DNA of 64,000 nucleotides, taken from positions 1,024,001 to 1,088,000 of the forward strand of contig CAWJCS010000005.1 of the NCBI GenBank assembly GCA_963841435.1, given 5' to 3'. The notes beneath the pieces are model-generated. The model worked only from the letters and a program-made list of their open reading frames with translations, made no database searches and was not told the DNA's origin. The position numbers were made by a program, and so were the translations under genes. Source of the stretch: an uncultured delta proteobacterium (lineage in GTDB: Bacteria > Myxococcota_A > Polyangia > Polyangiales > Polyangiaceae). Below, piece by piece: positions 9,034-18,542 of this stretch; position 1 is the first letter of the stretch, and every line of letters starts with the position of its first letter.

Positions 9034-10512
9034 ATGCGGCGCTTCGTTCCCCCACCCGATCCGCGCACGACCCGGGGCGCCCGCACGCGTTGGCACGCCG
9101 TGGCGGGGGCGCTGCGCACGGCCGTGGCCAGCGGCGGCCTCGCGGCGGGCGAGTGGCTGCCGTCCGTGCGAAAGCTCGGAGCGACGTTCGGCGTTCACCG
9201 TCATACCGTCGAGGTCGCGATCGACGCGCTCGTCGCCGAGGGCCTGCTCGAGACCGAGCCGCGTCGTGGCGTGCGCGTCGTGGTTTCGCGAGAGCCCGCG
9301 CGCGGGCGCCTGCCGAGCAGCAAGGCGCCGCACCGGTTTCAGCTCGTGCGCGGTGCCGAAGCGTCCGCCGAGGACGTGCTTTCGGACCTGCCACCGAACG
9401 TCATTTGCCTGCACGCGGCGACGCCCGACGTATCCCTGCTGCCGGCGGCCGAGCTTCGCGCGGCGTACGCGCGTGCCTTACGGCGCCCGAGCGCGCTGTC
9501 GCTCGGCATCCCAGCGCTCAGAGGCCACCCCGAGCTCCGGGCCGAGATCGCGCGCTACCTCCGGCGTGCGCGAGGTCTCGTCGCGGACGACGTGCTGCTC
9601 ACGCATGGCTCGCAGGAGGCCATCGCGCTCGCCGCCGAGACGCTCGTCGCGCCCGGCGACCGCGTGCTCGTGGAAAATCCCGGCTATTTACCGGCATTCG
9701 AGGTGTTTCGCGATCGCGGCGCCGTGCTCGTGCCCCTCGCGCTCGACGCCCAGGGCGTGCGCGTCGACGAGCTCGCCCGCGCGCTCGAGGCTCGGTCGCC
9801 GCGGCTCGTTTACCTCACGCCGAACCACCAGTACCCGACGACGGCGACGCTCGCGACGCCGAGGCGCGCCGAGATCCTGAGCCTGACGCGTCGAGCGGGC
9901 GTTCCGATTCTCGAAGACGACTACGATCACGAGTACCACTACCGCGGCGAGCCGCAGGCGCCGCTCGCCGCGTGGCAAGGTGCGGCTCACGTGCTCTACG
10001 TCGGGACGCTGTCGAAGCTCGTCGCACCGGGGGTCCGCATCGGGTTCGCGGCGGGAGCCGAAGCCGTGCTCGGCGCGATGGCACGGCGCCGGCGCCTCGT
10101 CACGCGGGGCAACGACGGCGTCACGCAGGCGGCGATGGCCGATTGGATGTCGGACGGCGGGTTCGAGCGCCACGTGCGTCGGGCGCGCCGCGTCTACCTC
10201 GGCCGCCGCGACGCGGCGCTCGCCGCCCTCGAGCGCGCCGCGCGCCGCGTGCCGCTCGAGATCCACGCGCCGGACGGCGGGCTCGCCGTTTGGACGGTGT
10301 GGCCCGAGCATGACGTAGCGACGCTCGCGCGGCAGGCGCTCGCGGCGGGCGTCGTGACCCTGCCCGAATCGGCGCTCAGGGTGGAAGGCACGGGGCACGG
10401 CATCCGGCTCGCGTTCGGCGCCGTGTCGAGCGACGACTTCTCCCGTGGCCTGGACAGGCTCGTCGCCGCGGCGCTGCATGACCGGCGCCCGGCGCAACGC
10501 CAGAACCGTTGA
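9034..10512 (+). CDS. MocR/GabR-family transcriptional regulator (GntR HTH + PLP aminotransferase domain)
   Basis: LPSVRKLGATFGVHRHTV HTH; YLTPNHQYPT, ILEDDYDHEYHY, YVGTLSKLVAPGVRIG. Confidence 0.93.
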   Translation: MRRFVPPPDPRTTRGARTRWHAVAGALRTAVASGGLAAGEWLPSVRKLGATFGVHRHTVEVAIDALVAEGLLETEPRRGVRVVVSREPARGRLPSSKAPHRFQLVRGAEASAEDVLSDLPPNVICLHAATPDVSLLPAAELRAAYARALRRPSALSLGIPALRGHPELRAEIARYLRRARGLVADDVLLTHGSQEAIALAAETLVAPGDRVLVENPGYLPAFEVFRDRGAVLVPLALDAQGVRVDELARALEARSPRLVYLTPNHQYPTTATLATPRRAEILSLTRRAGVPILEDDYDHEYHYRGEPQAPLAAWQGAAHVLYVGTLSKLVAPGVRIGFAAGAEAVLGAMARRRRLVTRGNDGVTQAAMADWMSDGGFERHVRRARRVYLGRRDAALAALERAARRVPLEIHAPDGGLAVWTVWPEHDVATLARQALAAGVVTLPESALRVEGTGHGIRLAFGAVSSDDFSRGLDRLVAAALHDRRPAQRQNR

Positions 10513-10599
10513 TCGAGCGCGCGCGGTCGTTTGGCGGGCGGGTTCTGCGCCGCGTTCGGCGGCGCGCCCTCGCTCGGGCCTTCGTTATAGTGGGGCGCC

Positions 10600-12345
10600 A
10601 TGCTGTATCCCGAAGAGAACGCTTATCGAACGGCGCGCGAGCTGTCGGGCTTCTGGAGGGCGCGACTCGATCCGGACGACGTCGGCGTGCGGCGTGGCTT
10701 CGCCCGTGGGCTTCGCGGCGCCCGGCCGATCGCGGTGCCGGGCAGCTACAACGAGCAGCTCGAGGGGGCGCGCGATTACCTCGGTCCCATCTGGTACGAA
10801 ACGAGCTTCGTCGCGACGCCGCGCGAGGGCGAGCGCACCTTCTTGCGCTTCGACTCGGTGAACTACCTCGCCACGGTGTGGCTCGACGGCGTCGAGCTCG
10901 GCTCGCACGAAGGCGGGCACCTGCCCTTCGAGCTCGAGATCACGGGCCGCACCAGGCCCGGCAAGCGCCGTCTGGTCGTGCGCGTCAACGGCGCGCTCGC
11001 GCCGGATCGCGTGCCGCCCGGCAACGTCCCGCCCGATCCGAAGGACGCTTTCGGTGGGCTCGCCTACCCGCCCGCGTCGTTCGATTTCTTCCCCTACGCG
11101 GGCATCCAACGCGCCGTGCACCTTTACACGACGCCTCGAGAACGCATCGACGACGTGACCGTGAAGACGACGATTCGCGGCACGACGGGTGTCGCCGACG
11201 TGCTCGTCGAGGCCGCCGGGCGGGGCGAGGTCCGCGCCACGCTGCGTGGCCTCGGCACGACGGTGAGCGCCACGGCTCGGCTCGCGCGCGGCACGGCGCG
11301 CCTCTCACTCGAGGTGGCGCGCGCGAAGCTCTGGGCGCCGGGGAGCCCCAGCCTCTACGAGCTCTCGATCGAGCGCCGCGACGGCGACCGCACCGTGGAC
11401 GAGGTCGAGCTCTCCGTCGGCATCCGCACGATTGCCGTCGAGCGCGACCGCTTGCTGCTCAACGGCAAGCCCATCACGCTGCGCGGTTTCGGCCGCCACG
11501 AGGACTTCCCCGTCACGGGGCGAGCGCTGCCGCCCGCCGTCGTCGTGAAGGACTACGAAAACCTGCGCTGGATCGGCGCGAACTCCTTTCGCACGACGCA
11601 CTACCCGTACTCGGAGCCCCTGCTAAAGCTCGCCGACGAGCTCGGGTTCCTCGTGATCTCGGAGACGCCGGCCGTGGGGCTCCACTTCGCCGGGCCGGGG
11701 CTTTCGCGGCGCAAGAGCGTTTGCCGAAAGCTCACGCGCGAGCTCGTCCGGCGCGACAAGAACCACCCGAGCGTCGTGATGTGGAGCCTCGCCAACGAGC
11801 CCCATTCGCACCGCCCGGCGGCGGCGCCGTTCTTCCGCGCGCTCGCGGCCGAGGTCAGAAAGCTCGACCCCACGCGGCTCGTGACGCTCGTGAGCTATCT
11901 CGGCGAGAAGGAAGCCGCGTTCGACGCCATGGACGTCGTGTGCGTCAACCGGTACTTCGGCTGGTACAGCGAGCCCGGGCGCATCACCGACGGCGTCGCG
12001 AAGCTCGACGGCGAGCTCGATCGCATCCATCGCCGCTTTCGAAAGCCGCTCGTCGTGAGCGAGTTCGGCGCGGACGCCCTTCCCGGCTGCCACGCGGATC
12101 CTCCCGAGATGTTCAGCGAGGAGTACCAGGCGGAGCTCATCGAGCGCTATCTAGAGCTTTTCGCCAAGAAGCCGTACGTCGTGGGCGCGCACGTCTGGAA
12201 CCTCTGCGACTTCAAGACGGCGCAGGGCGTGATGCGGCCCGGCGGGCTCAATCACAAGGGCGTGTTCACGCGCGACCGGCGCCCGAAGCTCGCGGCGCAT
12301 CGCCTGCGGGCGCTGTGGCGTTCCGGGCGGCGAGCTGGGCCTTGA
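10600..12345 (+). CDS. Beta-glucuronidase (glycoside hydrolase family 2)
   Basis: GFGRHED, NSFRTTHYPY, acid/base WSLANEP, nucleophile SEFGAD, GUS-type N-x-K motif (GLNHKGVFTRDRRPK). Confidence 0.88.
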   Translation: MLYPEENAYRTARELSGFWRARLDPDDVGVRRGFARGLRGARPIAVPGSYNEQLEGARDYLGPIWYETSFVATPREGERTFLRFDSVNYLATVWLDGVELGSHEGGHLPFELEITGRTRPGKRRLVVRVNGALAPDRVPPGNVPPDPKDAFGGLAYPPASFDFFPYAGIQRAVHLYTTPRERIDDVTVKTTIRGTTGVADVLVEAAGRGEVRATLRGLGTTVSATARLARGTARLSLEVARAKLWAPGSPSLYELSIERRDGDRTVDEVELSVGIRTIAVERDRLLLNGKPITLRGFGRHEDFPVTGRALPPAVVVKDYENLRWIGANSFRTTHYPYSEPLLKLADELGFLVISETPAVGLHFAGPGLSRRKSVCRKLTRELVRRDKNHPSVVMWSLANEPHSHRPAAAPFFRALAAEVRKLDPTRLVTLVSYLGEKEAAFDAMDVVCVNRYFGWYSEPGRITDGVAKLDGELDRIHRRFRKPLVVSEFGADALPGCHADPPEMFSEEYQAELIERYLELFAKKPYVVGAHVWNLCDFKTAQGVMRPGGLNHKGVFTRDRRPKLAAHRLRALWRSGRRAGP

Positions 12346-13509
12346 GCCCCTTGGCCGCGAGCGCGTAGCCCCCGTCGGAGCCGTCCACGAAATGGACGTG
12401 GTCCCCCGCGAACGAGCGAATGAAACAGGTGATGAGCGCGGACGGCGCGCGGTGGATGCCGTAGACGAGCTCGCCCGCGGCGTGCGCCCGGAAAAGCTCG
12501 CTCTCGATGACCGACTGCTGTTCTTCGGACAGGTCGAGCACCATGCGCAGCGCCTCGTCGAACTTGCGAAAGTCGGAGTTCTCGATGAGCTCTCGCGGAT
12601 AGCTGCGGCCGTCGAACCCGCCGGCGGAGCGCCCGAGCGCGATCAGCGTGCGGCCGATCAGCGCCTTCTTGCGCGCGAAGGCTCGGGCGGCGCGGAAGGC
12701 GGGCCCGCTCGCCTCGCCGGAGCGTATACGGGCCTCGATCCCGTAGCCGCCGAACAGCGTCCCGAGCCGCAAGCCTCCGAGGGACACGGGGTGGCCCGCC
12801 TCCTCGCCGAGCGCGCCCTCCAGTGTCTCGATCGTCCGGCGGTAGGTGCGAGCGCGCGCCGTCTCGTCCTCGTCGAGCGCGAGCACGATCAAGCTCACCA
12901 CCCGGCCGCGCCGGCTCGGGACCGGCTGCCAGCGGCACTCGAAACCCTCGAAGCTCGCCGCCTCGGGGCCGTCCTGCGACACGGCGTAGCTCGGACCGCG
13001 CTCCGGATCTTCACCCAACGTTCCGCCTCCGCCACGCCCTTTCCCCTCAGCATCGCGAGGTGCACGTTCTGGCTCACGCGAAAACGCGCGACCTCGAGCC
13101 GATGGCCCGCCGCGCGTAGCTCACGCACGGGAACGACGCCGACGCGCAGCTCGAGCTCGAACGTCTCGCGCGCCAGCCTTCGCACGCCGCGCAGAGCGGC
13201 CTCGCAAACCGCACGGCGCGACTCCGGCACGAGCAGCGTGGCGCCGTCGCCGCCGAACACGTAGGGAAGCTCGAGGTCCGGCGTCGCATTCCTGACGGCC
13301 ACGATGGAGGCGACGCCGACGGCGTTGACGCAGCGGTAGCGGCCGGCCTCGATGGCGCGCGTCGAGCCCCGCACGTCCGTGAGGACGACGTGGAAATCCT
13401 CGGGGACTTCGGCGTAGAACGCCGCTTCGGTCACGTCGGCGAAGCGCTCGATCGCGGGCAGCATCCGCAAGAAATCATCGCTCGGCGTCGCGCCCTCGGT
13501 CTCGGACAC
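12266..13509 (-). CDS. DUF3095-family protein, split by a -1 frameshift near 13010
   Basis: First frame TDVRGSTRAIEAGRYRCVN..PYVFGGDGAT..AEAERWVK continues in the second frame as DPERG..FEGFECRW..NSDFRKFD..HVHFVDGSDGGYALAAKGLK. Confidence 0.75.
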
Positions 13510-13590
13510 CCGCCGAGCATAGCTCCACCAGGGATGGGTCGTGGCGACCCCGGTCCCTCGCCGGTTTTCGACGTGGCTCGGGGAGGATCG

Positions 13591-14280
13591 CTAGCGCGTG
13601 AAGGCGAACACCGCCGCGGCCACCGTGAAGAGCGCGATCAGAAGGACGATGAAGCCGCCGCCGGACTGCTGCTTCTTCTGCTTCTTCTTGGTCGATTTGG
13701 CGGTGGGAGCGGCCGCTGGGCGCCGGGGCTTGTCGGCCGGGTGAGCCGGCGCGTCCGAGTCGGCGCCACGGCGCGCTTTCGCCGCGCGCTCGGCGCGTCG
13801 CCGCTCGCGCTCCTCGCGCTTCTTTTGCTCGAGCGCTTCGCGGCGCTCGCGGGCCCGTTCCTCGGCGAGCTTCTGCGCTTGCTCGCGGCGTCCGACGCGC
13901 CGCTCCTCGCGCTGCTCGGCCTCACGCTGCTTGGCGTGCACGCGCTGCTTGCGCTCGAGCGCGCGGCGCTGCTTCTTGCCGAGCGCCACGAAGGCTCGCC
14001 GCGGAGCGCCGGCGCTCGCCTGACCCCCCGCGCGCTTCGCGGTGTCGCGCGCTTCGCCTGCGCCTCGCGCAGCGGCCGTGACGGGCACCGCCGCATCGGC
14101 GCCGCTCGGGGGCTCGAGGTCGTCCCAGCCTCCGTCGAGCTCGTCCTCGGCTTCCAGCGAGGCGGCAGCGATGCCGGGTGGCAACGATACCCCCGCTTCG
14201 GGCTCGAGGTCGTCCCAGCCCGCGTCGAGCTCGTCGTCCTCACTCACCTCGACCTCCGCGTCCGGGGCAGCTTGCTTCAT
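13591..14280 (-). CDS. Hypothetical tail-anchored protein with acidic DxGWDD repeats and a basic coiled coil
   Basis: EDDELDAGWDDLEP / EDELDGGWDDLEP; R/E/K-rich helix; C-terminal TM (FIVLLIALFTVAAAVFAF). Confidence 0.65.
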   Translation of the reverse strand: MKQAAPDAEVEVSEDDELDAGWDDLEPEAGVSLPPGIAAASLEAEDELDGGWDDLEPPSGADAAVPVTAAARGAGEARDTAKRAGGQASAGAPRRAFVALGKKQRRALERKQRVHAKQREAEQREERRVGRREQAQKLAEERARERREALEQKKREERERRRAERAAKARRGADSDAPAHPADKPRRPAAAPTAKSTKKKQKKQQSGGGFIVLLIALFTVAAAVFAFTR

Positions 14281-14302
14281 GAAGGGTCGCCGGGAAGATA
14301 GC

Positions 14303-15961
14303 TCAACGCACGCGTGCAACCCCCGATTTTCTCGGGTCCGCGGCGCCAGCGAGGCCCGCCTCCGAGAAGGAAAGCAGCCCAACCGCCGCCTTTTGGGCAA
14401 GCTCGCGCGTGAGCTCGCCGCGACGCGCCAGGTCGGCGACGAAATCGGGAGCAAACCCCGGTTCGAGGTAGAGCGTCACGCCCTCCCTCGTCTCCGGACG
14501 AAAACGCGGTGCCTGTACCGCCGCGTCGGGGGACTCCCCGAACGCCAGCGTCCGAAGCAGCACCTCGGTGACGTTCGGCGGGATCGCAGTGCCGCCGGAG
14601 CCGCCGATGGCGAGCACGGGGCGCGCGCCGTCGAGCACGATCGTGGGCATCATGCTGGAGACGGGACGGACACCGGGGCGCGCTGCGTTCGGCGGGAAGC
14701 GCACCCCGAGCGCGCTCGACGCCGAGCGCGCCGTGAAGTCGTCGAGCTCGTCGTTCAGGACGATGCCGCTCGCTTCGCCCTCGAGCTCGACGCCGAACGC
14801 CGTGTTGATGGTCGTCGTGAGCACGACGACGTTGCCGAACGCGTCCGCGGTGAGCAGGCAATGTGTGCCGTGATCCTCGGCGATCAGGGCCCGAACGGTC
14901 TGGGTCGAGCCCGGCCGGATGCGGGCCTTACGCGCCGCGAGGCGCGCGGGGTCGAGCAGGCGTGCCGCGTCGATGGGCAAAGCGTCCGGATCGGCCGCAT
15001 AGAGCGAACAATCGGCCGTGGCGGCGCGCATGACCTCGGCCACTCGGTGCACGAGCGCGGGCGTGAACGCGCCCGCGCGTGAGAGCTCCGCGCGATCGAA
15101 GCTGAGGAGCACCTCCGCGAGCAGCAGACCGCCGGCCGAGGGAAACGGCATCGTATGGACGGTGAGCCCTTCCCACGGCACCGAGAGGGGCACCCGTTCG
15201 ACCACGCGATACCCCGCGAGGTCGTCGCGCGTGATGCCACTCCCGGCGGCGCGGGCGGCGTCGACGATGTCGTCGGCGATGGCGCCTTCGTAGATGGCGC
15301 GCGAGCCCTCGGCGAGCAAGCGGCCGAGCGTGGCGGCGAGCGGCGGATTCTTGGTGCGGCGCCCCACGGAGAGCGCAGCATTCCCAGGGTAAAATGCGCG
15401 GTCGACCGAGCGCATGCGCCGGTAATCGGCGGCGTTGCGAGCGGAAAGCACGGACGCGAGGTGCGCCTCCACGCGAAAGCCGTCCCGCGCGAGCGCGAGC
15501 GCCGGCCTCACGAGCTCTCGCCAGGGACGTTTGCCGTAACGTCGGGACAGCTCCGCGAGCCCCGCCGCCTCGCCCGGGACACCGACGAGCTTGCCGCGCT
15601 CCGTCGCGGGTAGCGGGCGGCGTTCGAAGGCGGCGGTGTCGAGCACACGCGGCGCCGTCTCGCGAAAATCGAGTGCGGTCACGCGCTGGTCGCTCTGGGT
15701 GTAGACGAGCGCGAAGCCGCCGCCCCCGAGCCCGCTCGACGTGGGGCTGGTCACGCCAGCGACGAGCGCCGCCGTGACGGCCGCATCCGCGGCGCTCCCT
15801 CCGGCCCTGAGGACGGCGAGCGCCGCGTCGGTCACCTGCCGGTTCTCGCTGACGGCGCCTGCGCGCGCCTTCGTCGCTCCGGGCGCGGGTGCCGGCAGCA
15901 AGAAGACGAGAACCGAGCCGAGCGCCACGGCGGACAGCACGCGCAAGCCGGCCGTTCGCAT
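14303..15961 (-). CDS. ggt: Gamma-glutamyltransferase
   Basis: GGSAADAAV..SSGLGGGGF..LDFRETAP..GVPGE; GTHC autoprocessing site; NDELDDF; RPVSSMMPT; GGSGG; AADPRK. Confidence 0.9.
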   Translation of the reverse strand: MRTAGLRVLSAVALGSVLVFLLPAPAPGATKARAGAVSENRQVTDAALAVLRAGGSAADAAVTAALVAGVTSPTSSGLGGGGFALVYTQSDQRVTALDFRETAPRVLDTAAFERRPLPATERGKLVGVPGEAAGLAELSRRYGKRPWRELVRPALALARDGFRVEAHLASVLSARNAADYRRMRSVDRAFYPGNAALSVGRRTKNPPLAATLGRLLAEGSRAIYEGAIADDIVDAARAAGSGITRDDLAGYRVVERVPLSVPWEGLTVHTMPFPSAGGLLLAEVLLSFDRAELSRAGAFTPALVHRVAEVMRAATADCSLYAADPDALPIDAARLLDPARLAARKARIRPGSTQTVRALIAEDHGTHCLLTADAFGNVVVLTTTINTAFGVELEGEASGIVLNDELDDFTARSASSALGVRFPPNAARPGVRPVSSMMPTIVLDGARPVLAIGGSGGTAIPPNVTEVLLRTLAFGESPDAAVQAPRFRPETREGVTLYLEPGFAPDFVADLARRGELTRELAQKAAVGLLSFSEAGLAGAADPRKSGVARVR

Positions 15962-16141
15962 GCAGCCAACCTAGCAGGCTGTCGAGAAACCGCCTGCGAG
16001 ACGGAGGGCCGCCAATCCGTCGATGCCCGTGTTTCCAGCCCCTCCGTGGAACGGGGCGCCTCGCCTCGACGACGGCGAAGGACCGGGGTCGCCTCCAAAA
16101 ATGCCGAGCGGGCGCGGTGCTAGTCTCCCCGTCGAGACCCC

Positions 16142-17089
16142 ATGCGCTTCTTGTTCGTGATGGATCGTGCGGACACGATGCACCCCACGAAGGACACGAG
16201 CTTCGCCTTCATTCGGGGTGCGCAGGCGCGCGGGCACGCGACCCATCACTGTCTACCGCGGGATTCTTCCAACCGCGGGCGCGACGTGAGCGCCATGGCC
16301 CGGCCGATACTCGTGTCGAACACGCCGCCCCACGTCACGCTCGGCGAGCCAGAGCGCCTGGAGCTCGTTTCGCTCGACGCCGTGTTCATCCGCAAAGATC
16401 CGCCCTTCGACTCCGCCTACGCCCACCTCACGCACCAGCTCGAGCTCGTGAAGGACCGCGTGCTCGTGCTCAACGATCCCCAGGGGCTCAGGAACGCCAA
16501 CGAGAAGCTTTTCACCTTTCACTTCAGCGAGCTCATGCCGCGCTCGCTCGTCACGGCAGATCCGGAGGCGGTGGCGGCGTTCGTCGCCGAGGTCGGCGGG
16601 CAGGCGGTGCTCAAGCCGATCGACGGGGCCGGCGGCGCGGGCGTCGTGGTGCTGAGGAGCGACGACCGCAACACGCGCTCGCTCGCCGACGTGTGGACCG
16701 ACGAGGGCCGTCGCCTCACGCTGGTCCAGGCCTACGAAAGCGCCGTCCGAACGGGCGACAAGCGTGTCATCGTGCTCGACGGCGAGCCGCTCGGCGCCAT
16801 CCTGCGGGTCCCGCGGGAGGACGACGTGCGCGCCAACATCCACGCCGGCGGCCGGGTGGCCCCCACGGAGCTCACCCCGCGGGAGCTGGAGATCGTGGCG
16901 ACGATGGCCCCGCGCCTGCGCGCCGAGGGCCTCTACTTCGTCGGCCTCGACCTCATCGGCGAGCGCCTCATCGAAGTGAACGTCACGAGCCCCACGGGCA
17001 TCCAGGAGCTCGGCGTGTTCTTGGGGCGCCCCCTGGAAGAGGACGTCATCGCCTGGGTCGAGCGCCACGCGAAGCGCCTGCCGAGCTGA
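16142..17089 (+). CDS. gshB: Glutathione synthetase
   Basis: MRFLFVMD..KDTSF..RKDPPFD..NDPQGLRNANEKL..GDKRV..RANIHAGG..EVNVTSPTGI. Confidence 0.95.
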   Translation: MRFLFVMDRADTMHPTKDTSFAFIRGAQARGHATHHCLPRDSSNRGRDVSAMARPILVSNTPPHVTLGEPERLELVSLDAVFIRKDPPFDSAYAHLTHQLELVKDRVLVLNDPQGLRNANEKLFTFHFSELMPRSLVTADPEAVAAFVAEVGGQAVLKPIDGAGGAGVVVLRSDDRNTRSLADVWTDEGRRLTLVQAYESAVRTGDKRVIVLDGEPLGAILRVPREDDVRANIHAGGRVAPTELTPRELEIVATMAPRLRAEGLYFVGLDLIGERLIEVNVTSPTGIQELGVFLGRPLEEDVIAWVERHAKRLPS

Positions 17090-17132
17090 CGAAAACTTGG
17101 CCGTCGGTCGCCGGCTCTTGGATGTTGGCGTC

Positions 17133-17414
17133 ATGAGCGCCTGTGAAGTCTGTAGCGTTCTCGGACGCGGCCAGAAGCGGGGCAAGAAGCGACTCGTCGG
17201 CGAACGGCTCGTGTCGCTTTGCGACAGCCACGCGCTGGTGCTGGAAAAGCTCCCCATCGCCGGCGTGGAGGAGCTCCGCCGGGTGTTCCGTGAGCGCGCG
17301 GGCCGCCGCTCGCTCGTCGAGCGGCGCGAGGCGATCGACCGGCGCGTCTTTCCTGCGCGACCCGAAGGCCGCCGCCGGACCACGGGGCGCCGCGTGACCG
17401 ACGATCTCGCGTGA
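17133..17414 (+). CDS. Small hypothetical protein with CxxC...CxxH and an Arg-rich tail
   Basis: MSACEVC..LCDSH..ERREAIDRR..GRRVTD; fills the gap between gshB and the next ORF with GC3-rich codons. Confidence 0.55.
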   Translation: MSACEVCSVLGRGQKRGKKRLVGERLVSLCDSHALVLEKLPIAGVEELRRVFRERAGRRSLVERREAIDRRVFPARPEGRRRTTGRRVTDDLA

Positions 17415-17437
17415 CGCCGAGCGTGTAGGCTCGTGGC

Positions 17438-18412
17438 GTGTCCCTTCGCACGCTGCACGCCGCGCTCCTCGTCGGCGCTCTCGCGGCGGCCGTGCTCGTC
17501 ACGCGACGCACGTTGCATCACCCTCCCACGCCGGCCTTTTCGCCGCTTTCCGTCGTGCCGCCCGGGCCGACGTTCGTGCTCAGCGTCAACGTGGACCGCG
17601 TGCGCCGGAGCGTCGCCGGCTCGGCGCTTTCGCGGCGCATGCTCGGCGAGCTCGGAGCGACGACCAGCGGGTGCCGCTTCGATCCTCTGCGTGACCTCGA
17701 AGAGGTCGTGGTCGCGCTGGCGGCGGACGTGCCCGAGACCTCCGTCGCGGAGGGAGCCGCCCTGATCGGCAAAGGGACGTTTTCGGCGAAGGACGTCGCC
17801 GCGTGCGCGGAGGAGCGCATCCGTTCGCGCGGCGGCGAGCCCAGCCGCACGACGATCGGCTCCTTCGTCTCGGTGCGCGACCAAGAGGCGAAGGGCGAGC
17901 TTGCCGCGCGTGACGGCCTCTTCGCGCTCGGCGAAGGGCCGTATCTTCGCGAGCTGCTCGACGCCGCGGAAGGTCACCGCCCGAACGGCAGCGAGGAGCA
18001 GCGCCTGCGCGACCGCCTGCACGCCGAGCTCCGGCAGCGCTTCGGCCGCGACGCGCCGATCATCGCGACGCTGACGGTGCCGCCCGGCTTCCTCGAGCGA
18101 GCGTTCGGTCCCGACGCCGCGGCCTCGCCGCTCGCGACCGTGCGCCTCGCAGCGCTCCGGGCCAAGCTCGAGGGGGGCATCGTGCTCGGCGCGTACCTCG
18201 GCTCCGGGAGCGAAGCGGGCGCCGTCGCAGTCGAACGCTTCCTCCACGACGCGCATCACCTCGTCGAGCCGCTGCTCGGCGACGCCGCGTCGCGACTCGT
18301 CAAGAGCGCGATCACCGAGCGCGATCGAGAACACGTCGAGGTCACGATGCGCATCCCCGAATCCGACGCTGCGGCGCTCCTCGACGCTCTCGCACGCGAG
18401 ACGACCCCGTGA
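17438..18412 (+). CDS. Hypothetical membrane-anchored/secreted protein
   Basis: N-terminal hydrophobic segment, high-GC3 codon pattern, co-oriented with its neighbours. Confidence 0.6.
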   Translation: MSLRTLHAALLVGALAAAVLVTRRTLHHPPTPAFSPLSVVPPGPTFVLSVNVDRVRRSVAGSALSRRMLGELGATTSGCRFDPLRDLEEVVVALAADVPETSVAEGAALIGKGTFSAKDVAACAEERIRSRGGEPSRTTIGSFVSVRDQEAKGELAARDGLFALGEGPYLRELLDAAEGHRPNGSEEQRLRDRLHAELRQRFGRDAPIIATLTVPPGFLERAFGPDAAASPLATVRLAALRAKLEGGIVLGAYLGSGSEAGAVAVERFLHDAHHLVEPLLGDAASRLVKSAITERDREHVEVTMRIPESDAAALLDALARETTP

Positions 18413-18542
18413 GCCGGCCCGGCAGGAACGCCTGGGCGCCGCGCAGCGCGACCGGACCAATCCTGGTCACCGCGCCGCAATCTTGGAGCAACCGGGAACA
18501 GCCGACGCTTGGAGGCGGAGCTATTCCCGGAGTTTTCCCAAG

